A stretch of DNA of 64,000 nt from a virus, in the IMG/VR virus record IMGVR_UViG_3300047316_000726, positions 6,949-70,948 of that record; one strand, given 5' to 3'. The position numbers were made by a program, and so were the translations under genes. This document shows positions 37,275 to 45,593 of this stretch, piece after piece (position 1 is the stretch's first letter; the number at the start of each line of letters is the position of its first letter). Below the pieces are notes generated by a model. The model searched no databases and had not been told where the DNA came from. It saw only the letters and a program-made list of their open reading frames with translations.

Positions 37275-37348
37275 TGACGAGAGCGGGATTCGAACCCGCA
37301 ACGATGCGGGTTTGAGCCGCACGCCTCTGCCAGTTGGGCTACCCCGCC
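37275..37348 (-). tRNA. tRNA-Leu(CAA), short variable loop, CCA not encoded
   Basis: Cloverleaf GGCGGGG-TA-GCCC AACTGGCAGA GGC-G-TGCGG CTCAAAC CCGCA-TCGTT-GCGGG TTCGAAT CCCGC-TCTCGTC-A. Confidence 0.85.
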
Positions 37349-37761
37349 GTGCGCCAGCGAGCCGGGGGAGGGCCCGCTGGCTCGTCCATGCCGCCGAGGG
37401 GCTGACAGCACAGACCGTTCCGCCGCATGAGCGACGGCGGCCTCGGGGCGCGGTGCTGGCCGACAGGACCACGCCCCGAAGAAGGGGTGCCGGTTCTTCA
37501 GGGCCCCAGAACCCCGCGGTGACCGGCCAACCGCTGTGCGGGTGCCGCGGACGTGCCGCCCCGCACGTCGACGACACCCGCAGATCGTGAGGTCGGACGT
37601 CAACATCGGACGATGTAGTGCCAGCCACGGAGTCGTCGCCCGGGGGCTCGTCCTGCTGGCTCTCGCATCGTCCGCAACCCCGTGCGGTACCGGCCCGGGG
37701 CGATCGCGATGCGAGGGGTTTGAGGTGATCGCCGTGTACGGCCAGTTACAGGCTGCCGTCC
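37349..37761 (-). ncRNA. Candidate structured ncRNA upstream of the tRNA
   Basis: 413-nt gap with no plausible CDS and about 10 nested helices. Confidence 0.4.
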
Positions 37762-38118
37762 TCAGTGGCCGGTCAGCCTCAGGTACAGGTCGAACACGAC
37801 CGCGAGACCCGCCAGGCCGGACAGCACGGCGACGATTCGAGTGAGCGGCGACCAGGACTGCTCGGTCTTGTCCCGGCGGGCCTCTTCAGCATCTTTCAAC
37901 GCGGCGGCAGTCGTCACGACCGTGGCATCCCTGGCCACCGCCTGATCCCCGAGTCGCTGCACCGCCATCCGGATTCCTGCCAGTTCGTCGGCGACCCGGC
38001 CAAGTTGGCCGTTGATGGCCTCGAAGTGCCGGTCGTGTCCAGCAAGCCGGGCATCGATCTGGCCCGCTTCGTGGCCGGCGTCGTGGCCGCGGTCGTAGTC
38101 GCCGCCCTGCACTGTCAC
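37762..38118 (-). CDS. Coiled-coil protein with C-terminal TM helix
   Basis: Heptad pattern and terminal hydrophobic helix. Confidence 0.7.
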   Translation of the reverse strand: MTVQGGDYDRGHDAGHEAGQIDARLAGHDRHFEAINGQLGRVADELAGIRMAVQRLGDQAVARDATVVTTAAALKDAEEARRDKTEQSWSPLTRIVAVLSGLAGLAVVFDLYLRLTGH

Positions 38119-38534
38119 AGCCGTGGCCGCGGGCGAGGGAGCCGGTTCTCGCCGGTTTCCGGGTCGATGCCGAGGTTGCTGGCCAGTGCCCGGACGAGAC
38201 GGTTCGTGTCGTCACAGGTGACGGCGATGTGTCCTTGAGCGACGTGGTCGACGTCGGCTTTCGCGTCCCGTTTCAGATCCGCCAAGTTCGTGCCCCGCTG
38301 CAGCACCGGTAGCGCCCATGCTTGGAACCAGCTGGAGAACACGATGCTGACGAGCAGCTTCACCGTGTCCGGGCCTGGCAGCACGACCAGGGGTACGAGG
38401 AATGTCACCCAGAACAGAGCCATTGATCCGAGGACGCTGGATGCGAGGCGTCCGACCATGTTGTTGAGCCAGGCGACACCGCTGCGTTCGACGGCGAGGA
38501 GGTCGCGTGGGTGCTGGACCTGGGGGTGCGTCAC
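38115..38534 (-). CDS. Membrane protein, DUF1003-like
   Basis: GSMALFWV...SSWFQAWALPVLQ...AD.DH pattern; GGGAGG RBS. Confidence 0.55.
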   Translation of the reverse strand: MTHPQVQHPRDLLAVERSGVAWLNNMVGRLASSVLGSMALFWVTFLVPLVVLPGPDTVKLLVSIVFSSWFQAWALPVLQRGTNLADLKRDAKADVDHVAQGHIAVTCDDTNRLVRALASNLGIDPETGENRLPRPRPRL

Positions 38535-38576
38535 GCCGTACCTCCCCGAATGGTGTGGCGTCGGCACGTCACGCTT

Positions 38577-38894
38577 TCACGCCGGAACCCAGCGCCCGCC
38601 GCGCACAAACCCGTGATGGCCGCAGGTGCCACACGCCACCGACGGGCTGATGGTCAGCGGTTCGCGGCTCGCCACCGTCCAGAACGGGCCGCGTGGCCAT
38701 GCACGCCTGGCGGCGTCGTTGTCGAAGTACACGGTGCCAGCGCAGAAGTCGTGCTTGCAGTCGTGCCACTCGTTCATGCCGATCTCGTTGCCGTCGTTGT
38801 CTTGGATGAACGAGATCCACGTGTTGTGGCCGATGGCCAACGCGTCGGTGATGCCGAAGTCCGTCGGTGATGTGGCCCGCTCAAACTCGGACAT
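38577..38894 (-). CDS. DUF6527-like protein
   Basis: WTV.SREPLTISPSV.C..CGHHGFVRGGRW. Confidence 0.65.
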   Translation of the reverse strand: MSEFERATSPTDFGITDALAIGHNTWISFIQDNDGNEIGMNEWHDCKHDFCAGTVYFDNDAARRAWPRGPFWTVASREPLTISPSVACGTCGHHGFVRGGRWVPA

Positions 38895-39208
38895 CACGTG
38901 CCGACCTTCTCCTCGGTGCCGTCCCACACGAACTCGCCGTGCTCGCCGACTGGGCGGTGCATCTGGCAGCGGACGCAGTACGTCGAGCCGTAGAAGCCGG
39001 GCTGGCGGGCGTAGGTCTCGGCGATGCCGCGCGACATGGTCGTGACCGCGCCACACCCGGTATGCACGTAGGACAGCCGCACCGGGCGTACGAATCCCTG
39101 TGCTCGTTCCTCTTCGGACAGCACTAGGTACGCGGCGTTCTGCGGTGCGGGCTCGTCGTTGGCGCCGTGGCCGAGACGCGGGTCACTGGGATCGGTTACT
39201 TCGCTCAC
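38894..39208 (-). CDS. Conserved phage-type Cys/His hypothetical protein
   Basis: YLVLSEEERAQGFVRPVR..Y.H..CG..T.M...AETYAR.P.FYG.TYC..C; GGAGGTGA RBS. Confidence 0.75.
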   Translation of the reverse strand: MSEVTDPSDPRLGHGANDEPAPQNAAYLVLSEEERAQGFVRPVRLSYVHTGCGAVTTMSRGIAETYARQPGFYGSTYCVRCQMHRPVGEHGEFVWDGTEEKVGT

Positions 39209-39248
39209 GGCGATCACCTCCGTCACGGTGCGGTGCAGACTGTCCAGC

Positions 39249-39644
39249 GTGGACGACGACATCGAGCCGTACCCGGCGCCAGCAGTGCTGTTCTTCGGTG
39301 AGCGGTGGGACGCCCCACAGCTCGACTACAACACTGTCCAGGTGGATGCCCCGGTCGGCCGGGCCTGCCTGCACTGCGGCGAGCCGGTCGAGGCCGGGGA
39401 CCGTGGACTGATGCGGCTCACGATGCGCGGCACCCGAGAGAACCCCGTCGCCACGCAGGAGCCCGCGCACATGGAGTGCGACCTACGCATGGGGCTCGGC
39501 AGCTTGGCGCACATGGAGGGCCGATGCCGGTGCTGCACGGGTATCGACAGCGAGCCGTCCTCGTGGACCGCGAGGGAGGAAGCGCTCGCGGTGCTGGCCC
39601 ACGTCAACCAACTGCGCGCGGCCGGTGGTCGGGCACCGATGTAG
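39249..39644 (+). CDS. Divergent zinc-binding hypothetical protein
   Basis: CLHCGEP...H.EC...H..G.C.CC; followed by a terminator. Confidence 0.6.
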   Translation: MDDDIEPYPAPAVLFFGERWDAPQLDYNTVQVDAPVGRACLHCGEPVEAGDRGLMRLTMRGTRENPVATQEPAHMECDLRMGLGSLAHMEGRCRCCTGIDSEPSSWTAREEALAVLAHVNQLRAAGGRAPM

Positions 39645-39662
39645 CCGGGCCCCTGGACGTGG

Positions 39663-39690
39663 CGAAGGCCCCGCCGAAGCGGGGCCTTCG
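39663..39690. terminator. Hairpin between convergent genes
   Basis: Perfect 12-bp IR CGAAGGCCCCGC-cgaa-GCGGGGCCTTCG. Confidence 0.75.
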
Positions 39691-39742
39691 AACGCCGTGG
39701 CTGCGCACGAGGCACAGCTCTGCTAGCCGAATGAAGTGGATT

Positions 39743-40678
39743 TTAGACACAGACCGGGGGCGAAGCGCCAGCACGGGCTTCTGCATCGGCGTGTCGCTTC
39801 GGCTGCCGGATCCGGACTGCGGTCGTGAGGGCCAGGTTCACGATGTCGCCAAGCCGGTACAAGGCGGTGTCGGTGTCCGGGTCGACGCCCTGTTTGACAA
39901 GGCGACGTTCGCCGGTCTCCTTGTCGTCGGTGTTGGCCCAGTTGCGGACCGTCTTCACCGACAGTGGGCGGCCCAGCAGATCCGGCAACGCACGTGAGGC
40001 CTCGGCAGCGGTGACCAGGTAGTGGGCCGATTCCTTGAGTAGCCAGTCCCGGCGTTCGGTGGCGTCGTACTGGGTGCCGCACTCGTTGCATTTGGCAAAG
40101 TCGTCGCCGGGGAAGCCGAAGACCTCGCCGCCGCATTCGGGCACGCACGGTCCGGCGTAGGCGCGGTCGGCGCCCCGGTCGACTGCCCATTCAGCTTTCC
40201 TGATCGCGTCGACAATCTGGGCGTGGGCTTGCCCGGCGATGTCCATGGTGCGCAGCAAGTGGTGGTGGCGGAGTAGCCAGTTCGCCGAGTCGACTGGCGA
40301 GTACATGACGTCTTCGGTTTTGCCGTGGTATCCGGCGATGGTGGAAACCCAGCCGCGTAGGACTGTGTGCAGTTCGCGGAGTGCTCCGGAGGCGTGTTCC
40401 TTCCAGGGCAGTGTTGTTGCGGAGCTGCGGACGGTGATGCCGAGGTTGCGTGCGGCGATCCGGTCGCAGCTGGCGATGGTGAGGTGCAGTTCGTCGACGA
40501 GTGTCCGGTCGGGATTGTTGTTGCCGTCGCGGGCGGGTTCGCAGACCTTGAGGAGTTCACGCCACAGTTCGTCGGCGCAGTCGGTGCAGAGGAACGCGTT
40601 GAAGGCGGGGCGTCCGCAGTCTGCGGTGCACAACCGTTCGGCTGTGGGCGCGGTGGGGTGGCGGGATTTCTGGGACAC
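39743..40678 (-). CDS. Putative late-gene transcription regulator (Zn fingers plus C-terminal HTH)
   Basis: C..CGRP...FLC..C; GPC..CGG...CNECG; C-terminal VTAAEASRAL...LSVKTVRNWA...YRLGDI; early/late boundary position. Confidence 0.65.
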   Translation of the reverse strand: MSQKSRHPTAPTAERLCTADCGRPAFNAFLCTDCADELWRELLKVCEPARDGNNNPDRTLVDELHLTIASCDRIAARNLGITVRSSATTLPWKEHASGALRELHTVLRGWVSTIAGYHGKTEDVMYSPVDSANWLLRHHHLLRTMDIAGQAHAQIVDAIRKAEWAVDRGADRAYAGPCVPECGGEVFGFPGDDFAKCNECGTQYDATERRDWLLKESAHYLVTAAEASRALPDLLGRPLSVKTVRNWANTDDKETGERRLVKQGVDPDTDTALYRLGDIVNLALTTAVRIRQPKRHADAEARAGASPPVCV

Positions 40679-40727
40679 GGCGCACTCCTCGCGGTCGGCT
40701 AGTCCGGAGGGTAACTCCGAGGTGACG

Positions 40728-40814
40728 GAATCAGTCGGATCCGGGCTCGGACTGTGGTGAATCAGTCGGAGTCGAACTCATTCAGTCATGATATGGCTGG
40801 TCAGAGTGACTGAA
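40728..40814. promoter_or_regulatory. Operator-like TCAGTC repeats in a divergent intergenic region
   Basis: GAATCAGTCGGA twice (40728, 40759) plus inverted pair TTCAGTCA / TGACTGAA. Confidence 0.45.
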
Positions 40815-40832
40815 AACGTTCACACTGGTTTC

Positions 40833-41099
40833 ATGGAGACCGTGATAGGTGTCTCCCGCGCATGGGGCCGGCGGGACGGCACTGACGAACTGGCCAGCGA
40901 AGTCGACGGCGAAGACTGCCCGGACTGCGACGCGCACGCGGGCGAGCTGTGCGTGAATTCCTTCACCGGCAACCACACCCGTATCCCGCACCCGCGCCGA
41001 CTTCGCGCGGCACACCGGCGCGGACCGATCACCAACTGTCCACAACGGGTCGAGGTCGTGGACGAGCGGCTAAGCCGCCGCTGGGCGGACTCGGCGTAG
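40833..41099 (+). CDS. Small zinc-finger-like protein
   Basis: CPDCDAHAGELC...H..R motif. Confidence 0.6.
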   Translation: METVIGVSRAWGRRDGTDELASEVDGEDCPDCDAHAGELCVNSFTGNHTRIPHPRRLRAAHRRGPITNCPQRVEVVDERLSRRWADSA

Positions 41100-41264
41100 C
41101 TGCTCCACCTTGGACAGCTCCACCGCGGTGATGTGGTGCGCGCAGGCAGGCGCGTGTCGACTCGGCCACGCAAGGCATTCCCGGCCGCTCCGTGTGGTTC
41201 GGCCGCAGCGCCGCGGTCCGGGCGGGACGTCGACTGGCGCGAGTTCGAAGAGGTAGGCGGTCAC
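41070..41264 (-). CDS. Small zinc-finger protein
   Basis: CGRTTRSGREC...ACAHH. Confidence 0.65.
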   Translation of the reverse strand: MTAYLFELAPVDVPPGPRRCGRTTRSGRECLAWPSRHAPACAHHITAVELSKVEQLRRVRPAAA

Positions 41265-41387
41265 ACCTCATTGACGCTTACCGCGCCGGGCGGTGTCCAA
41301 CCCGATCTCGATACCCTGGCCGTGGTCGTCCTGTTCGGGGTCAGCCGCAGTGCGCCCGGTCCTCGGGGGGACCGGGCGCTTCCACAT

Positions 41388-41672
41388 TCACTGGGAGCGG
41401 CCTGACGAATACCGCTCGCGCAGGTTCTGCGGACCCCTCGACCATGACGTGCGGTCCGGCAGCACATGCTCCTCGCGAGACACAGGCCGCCGTGGACCCG
41501 GCGGGGAGCTGACGCGCGCGATGGCGATCTCGAAGCCGTTGAGGCCGCGGGCTTGCTCGGGATGCAGCTGAACCCACAGGTGGCCGTCAGCGAGGATGTG
41601 CGGGCGCTCGGATGCCGAGATGTGGTTGGTGTCGGCGGCTGCGGTCCAGGTGGCTTCGTCCATGCTGGTCAT
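41388..41672 (-). CDS. Hypothetical protein
   Basis: Plausible N-terminal half; C-terminal half low complexity. Confidence 0.4.
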   Translation of the reverse strand: MTSMDEATWTAAADTNHISASERPHILADGHLWVQLHPEQARGLNGFEIAIARVSSPPGPRRPVSREEHVLPDRTSWSRGPQNLRERYSSGRSQ

Positions 41673-41708
41673 CCTGCGACAGGCCCGGCCTTGATCGCCA
41701 GACATGCG

Positions 41709-42260
41709 CGAGCGCCAGGCCCCATCGTCCGGTGGGATCTCCTGGCGCTCACTTCCAGACCTCACCGCGGTGGACCTGGCAACGGGTCGAGGATAGCCTC
41801 CGGGTGGGCGGGTTCGCTGCCTTCCCAGTCCAGGCGTCCGTGACGGCGATGCCCCCTCACCTGGACGCATTGGGCAGCAGGGTGTTCCCGCGCCGGGTCG
41901 TTGTCACGATCGGCACCGACGGCCAGCCCGTACAAGCCGGGCCGGGAACACCTTCACCCAGAACATGACGGTGCCCCCGAGATCACGCTTCTCGGGGGCA
42001 CCGCGCGGCCTGCCCAGGCCAGAGGCGTAGTCAGCGCCTCGATCATCTACTCCGCACCCACCTGCCATCTAGAGGAGCAGTCTCGACGGTATAGAGCAGC
42101 CGACGACATGGGCAAGCTCGCTGCGAAACCCGGGACGTTCCTGGACGTCCACGGCAAGACAGGACGATGCCCCCGGACCACGAATCCGGGGGCATCACTG
42201 TGGTCCTTGGCAGGGACCGGTGTCCTCACGCACACCCAGTGCAACTTGGAGGAGATGGCC
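41709..42260 (-). ncRNA. Candidate ~550-nt structured ncRNA
   Basis: About 700-nt gene gap with perfect 14-, 12- and 10-bp stems and several shorter helices; TTGCTC-18-TAGCGT promoter-like motif at 42293-42264. Confidence 0.45.
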
Positions 42261-42386
42261 ACGACGCTACGGAGCGGGCGCCGGATCGAGCAAGCTGGTG
42301 GGCGAAGTCGGAGCGTTCATGAACGTTCGCGACGATCATGAAGGTGCTGCACATTCGCAGAGTGGACACGATTCAGAAGGTGCCGG

Positions 42387-42587
42387 TCACCTGTCCCGTG
42401 GCAGTACCGGGATGTCGACACCGGCGTAGTCCCGTGCCAGCATCTCCAGCTCGACCAGCACAGCCTCGATCTTCCCGCCCTTCAGCAGGACCGCGAGCGC
42501 ACCGAACACCTCGCCGAACGTGGTGACATCCAGGGACCCGTCAGCGCCGGGTATGGATGGGAACGCGTACAGCCGGGCGTCAGCCAC
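42387..42587 (-). CDS. Hypothetical protein
   Basis: Protein-like composition, GAGGAG RBS. Confidence 0.6.
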   Translation of the reverse strand: MADARLYAFPSIPGADGSLDVTTFGEVFGALAVLLKGGKIEAVLVELEMLARDYAGVDIPVLPRDR

Positions 42588-42669
42588 GACGGCTCCTCGG
42601 GCAGCGGGGACTCAACGGTAGCGCGGCACTCCGACAAGACCTTGGTCGCCACGGCGCCTATCGAGCAGA

Positions 42670-42990
42670 TCACTCGGGTGGCCTCATTGTGGTGAGTAGC
42701 ACGTTGAATGTGATCTTGGAGCCATGGGGGCATTCCAACACGTAGACGGACGTGTAGAGCGTCTTTGTGGGGTCTTCAGGATCTTCCCTGCTGGTGGTGC
42801 CGGTCGAGACCACTCGGGTGTCAATGCAGCTGGTGAGGTGCTCGTCCGGGAACGAGTCGTGGAGGAGGCGGAACACCGCCACGTTGTCACCCATGCCGTC
42901 CATGGTGACACCGGGAACCGTCACCCGCTCGTCACCCATCATCCCGAACCACTCTGTCGACAGCGCATCCTCGATTGGAGTGTCCGCCAT
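42670..42990 (-). CDS. Acidic hypothetical protein
   Basis: MADTPIEDAL... ORF. Confidence 0.55.
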   Translation of the reverse strand: MADTPIEDALSTEWFGMMGDERVTVPGVTMDGMGDNVAVFRLLHDSFPDEHLTSCIDTRVVSTGTTSREDPEDPTKTLYTSVYVLECPHGSKITFNVLLTTMRPPE

Positions 42991-43000
42991 GGATGGTAGG

Positions 43001-43258
43001 TGTCCGGGGTGGTGTCCGGCCAGGAGAGTGGACGGGTGTTGGACGTTCTTGGACGGTGTGGACGATCCCGGACAGTCAAGCCGGACAGCCGGACAGTGGG
43101 TGCGGACACCCCGGACAACGGTGGACAACCCTGGACAGCGGGTGTGAACTCGCGTGGCATTTTATGCCCCGTGCAGGTCAGAGGGCCGCGACTGTCCTGG
43201 CTGGACACGGCCGGACAGTGCTACGGACACCCCGAGGACGACACCGACTCCCTGGACA
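43001..43258 (+). repeat. Array of (C/T)GGACA short direct repeats with central palindrome GGCATTTTATGCC
   Basis: GGACA-core copies at 43067, 43081, 43089, 43102, 43111, 43122, 43131, 43201, 43211, 43223, 43252; inverted copies at 43001 and 43013; palindrome at 43156-43168. Confidence 0.75.
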
Positions 43259-43525
43259 GCGAGCGCGACGTGGTCATGACCGGCTGCTCTGGCGACGAAC
43301 GCGGCTACGGCGGCCAGGACTTGCAACACCTTGAGGACACCCGCGGCTCGGGCTGTACGACTACTGGGGCGGTGGGGTTGTGGACTCATGCCGCCGAGCA
43401 TCAACGACCCCGGCCAGCCCGCGCACAGATAGGAGAGTGAGAGGGCGGCGGGGACAAGAGGAAGTGGTGTTCATCCATCTGTTGGTCCCCGCCACCACGA
43501 GCACCGTACCGGGACGACACCGGGC

Positions 43526-43843
43526 TCACGCTGCGGCGCGGCCAGCCAGTTCACCCTCGGTCCATGCCTGCCGCCACAGCTCCTCCAGGCGCCCGACCGG
43601 GTCATGCCAGCCTGACTCGGTCATGTCCAGGCCGTCGTGGAGCCACTGTGCTGGCGGATCAGGGCAGGTGCCGTCGCCGACATGCACGAGTGCCCAGCCG
43701 CGGGCACGGAGGAACTCCTGGAACTGTCCCTGGGCGAGGCTCTCGCCGACGGCGTCGGAGATCGCCTCGCAGATCGCGTCGGCCGGGCGCTCCGGGCGCT
43801 GATCGACCTGACGGCGCCGTAGCAGCTCTACCTCGTCGCTCAT
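43526..43843 (-). CDS. Hypothetical protein
   Basis: Operon packing. Confidence 0.55.
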   Translation of the reverse strand: MSDEVELLRRRQVDQRPERPADAICEAISDAVGESLAQGQFQEFLRARGWALVHVGDGTCPDPPAQWLHDGLDMTESGWHDPVGRLEELWRQAWTEGELAGRAAA

Positions 43844-43845
43844 GG

Positions 43846-44484
43846 TCAAAGTCCCAGCTTCTCGAGCGGGTTGGTCAGATTGACGAACAGCGTGATCACG
43901 TCCGCGTCGTACGGCCACCGCGCCACACCGCCGTCGATGTCCAGGTGGCAGAGGGTGCGGCTGGGCATGGTGTAGCCGATCTCCAGCGGAACTCGGCCAG
44001 GACCGATGTGGTGCGGCATGATCAGACGCTCGGCGTAGTCACGCGGGCATGACGGCAGCAGGCTCGCCGCCACGGTGCGCTCGACGAGGATCGGCTCGTC
44101 CCACTCCAAGTAGCCGTCCTGGTCGGCGCAGTTCTGATCGACATCGACGACAGCGCGAAACGGGCCAGGCAGATCAGCGACCGCCGCCGCGTTCTCGGCA
44201 CGGCAGCGATCCGGCTGCGGCGAGGGCACGCGGCCGATGCGGATCTGTCCGTAATTGCCGACGTGCCTTCCTGCGAAGACGCAGACGAACGCGGCGACCT
44301 GGTTGAGCGGCCAGTTATTACGGGAACTCCGGAAGATCTGGCCGATCGTGTCCACGTAGCTGGCCTTGAATCTGCGCCCGGCTTTCAAGTCGGCGCGGAC
44401 GCGGGCGAACTCGGCGGCTCCTTCCGGGTCGGACAGGATGCTGGAGAGCGCCACGTCTGCGGCTTGCTCGTGAATGGTGGTCAT
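43846..44484 (-). CDS. Hypothetical protein
   Basis: AGGAG RBS, overlaps the recombinase stop. Confidence 0.65.
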   Translation of the reverse strand: MTTIHEQAADVALSSILSDPEGAAEFARVRADLKAGRRFKASYVDTIGQIFRSSRNNWPLNQVAAFVCVFAGRHVGNYGQIRIGRVPSPQPDRCRAENAAAVADLPGPFRAVVDVDQNCADQDGYLEWDEPILVERTVAASLLPSCPRDYAERLIMPHHIGPGRVPLEIGYTMPSRTLCHLDIDGGVARWPYDADVITLFVNLTNPLEKLGL

Positions 44485-45551
44485 GGGCGGGGAACTCCTC
44501 GACTCGCGTGGGCAGTAGGCGTGCCACCAGCGAGCGCGGCGGCGACCAAGGTGGACGGGTCACGTTCGAGTTCGTCGGCGACGTGGTCGTAGAGCTGGGT
44601 GACGGCGGCGGAGGAGTGGCCGAGCGCGTCGCGGCGGTCTTCCAGCGTCGCGCCGAGCTCGCGGGCGATCGTGTTCCAGGTATGCCGCAGCGAGTGCGGG
44701 GTGATCCGGTGGGGCATCGGTACGCCGGCGAGCGCGGCCATGCGCTGCACGAGTCGGAAGACCTGGTGGCGGCTGACTCGGCGACCGTCCCGGGTCAGCA
44801 GCAGCGCGCGGTCGGCGTCCAGATTGCCCGGCGCAGGCGCAGGCCGAGCCGCGAGGTAGGTGTCCAGCTTTGCGCCGAGTTCGGGTGGGATGACGCGGTC
44901 GCGCATCTTGCTGCCCTTCATACGGACGGCGATGATGCGCTTGCCCTTCTTCTGGCCGAGGTCGTCCAGGTTCGCCCCGCAGCCTTCGGACACGCGGATA
45001 CCGAGGTCCACCAGCAGTCCGAAGATCAGCGTGACGCACTCGGCGGTCAGCGTCCGTGGTGTTCCGGTCTCGCTCTTCGCTTGGACCGCGGTGGCCTGCT
45101 GGCGGTCGAGACTGGATGTGGGGGAGTGGGTGCGGTCGTACTTCGGGCGCTTGAGGTCCTTGGCCGGGTTGGCCTTCAGCACGTCGGCCCGGACGAGGTA
45201 GGTGTACCAGCTGGACACTGCGGCGAGCATGTTCGCCCTGGTGTTGGGCTTGTAGGGGCGCTTGGTGGTCGGACTGGTCATCGAGGCGAGGTGGACTCCG
45301 TACATCGTGATCTCGGGCAGACCGACGGTCAGCGGGTCGAGGTCGCGGCTGATGCACCAGTCGAGGTAGATGTTGAGCTGCCGCCGGTAGGACTCGCGGG
45401 TGTGCTCGCTGTCGGCCTGCTCGCCGAGCCACGCCATCACAAGCGCGCCGAGCGTGTGGCCCGTGCGGGTGCGCATGGAGAGCAGCGCGCCGCGCCGCGC
45501 GGCTGGTGAAGCTGGGTCGGCAACCGGGTTGATGATCACAAGGTCGGCCAC
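44481..45551 (-). CDS. XerC/D-like tyrosine recombinase
   Basis: SAM-like N-domain; catalytic R (GIRVSE), K (MKGSK), HxxR (HSLRH), LGHSS, Y (QLYD); GAAGGGA RBS before GTG at 45551. Confidence 0.9.
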   Translation of the reverse strand: MADLVIINPVADPASPAARRGALLSMRTRTGHTLGALVMAWLGEQADSEHTRESYRRQLNIYLDWCISRDLDPLTVGLPEITMYGVHLASMTSPTTKRPYKPNTRANMLAAVSSWYTYLVRADVLKANPAKDLKRPKYDRTHSPTSSLDRQQATAVQAKSETGTPRTLTAECVTLIFGLLVDLGIRVSEGCGANLDDLGQKKGKRIIAVRMKGSKMRDRVIPPELGAKLDTYLAARPAPAPGNLDADRALLLTRDGRRVSRHQVFRLVQRMAALAGVPMPHRITPHSLRHTWNTIARELGATLEDRRDALGHSSAAVTQLYDHVADELERDPSTLVAAALAGGTPTAHASRGVPRP

Positions 45552-45565
45552 GGATTTCCCTTCGT

Positions 45566-45593
45566 TGCGCCCATAAGCGTGATTATGCTCGGT
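45566..45593. promoter_or_regulatory. dif/res-like recombination site overlapping the recombinase promoter
   Basis: TGCGCCCATAA-GCGTGA-TTATGCTCGGT (11-6-11); - strand TTGGGG-17-CATAAT promoter overlaps it. Confidence 0.65.

Noticed and set aside
37023-37628. 201-aa - strand ORF
   Set aside because: Runs through the tRNA and a better RBS-led membrane ORF; low-complexity composition.
37349-37761. Additional tRNAs or a tRNA-associated ribozyme
   Set aside because: No second TTCGA T-loop found, and only ~29 nt follow the tRNA before the next ORF.
41880-41960. Cobalamin riboswitch-like GGTG/GGGAA elements
   Set aside because: The downstream conserved elements (AATCC, CCC-G-C-ACTGT, AGYCAG) are missing.
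41709-42060. ORF-less group II intron (GTGCG near 42057)
   Set aside because: No recognisable domain V (AGC triad, GNRA loop, AY bulge), and no RT gene in the window.
42311-42330. Palindromes CGTTCATGAACG / GAACGTTC as a LexA box
   Set aside because: Do not fit the actinobacterial TCGAAC-N4-GTTCGA spacing.
43000-43440. ORFs across the GGACA array, or a CRISPR array
   Set aside because: Translations are low complexity; the repeats are 5-9 bp with irregular short spacing, unlike CRISPR; no cas genes.
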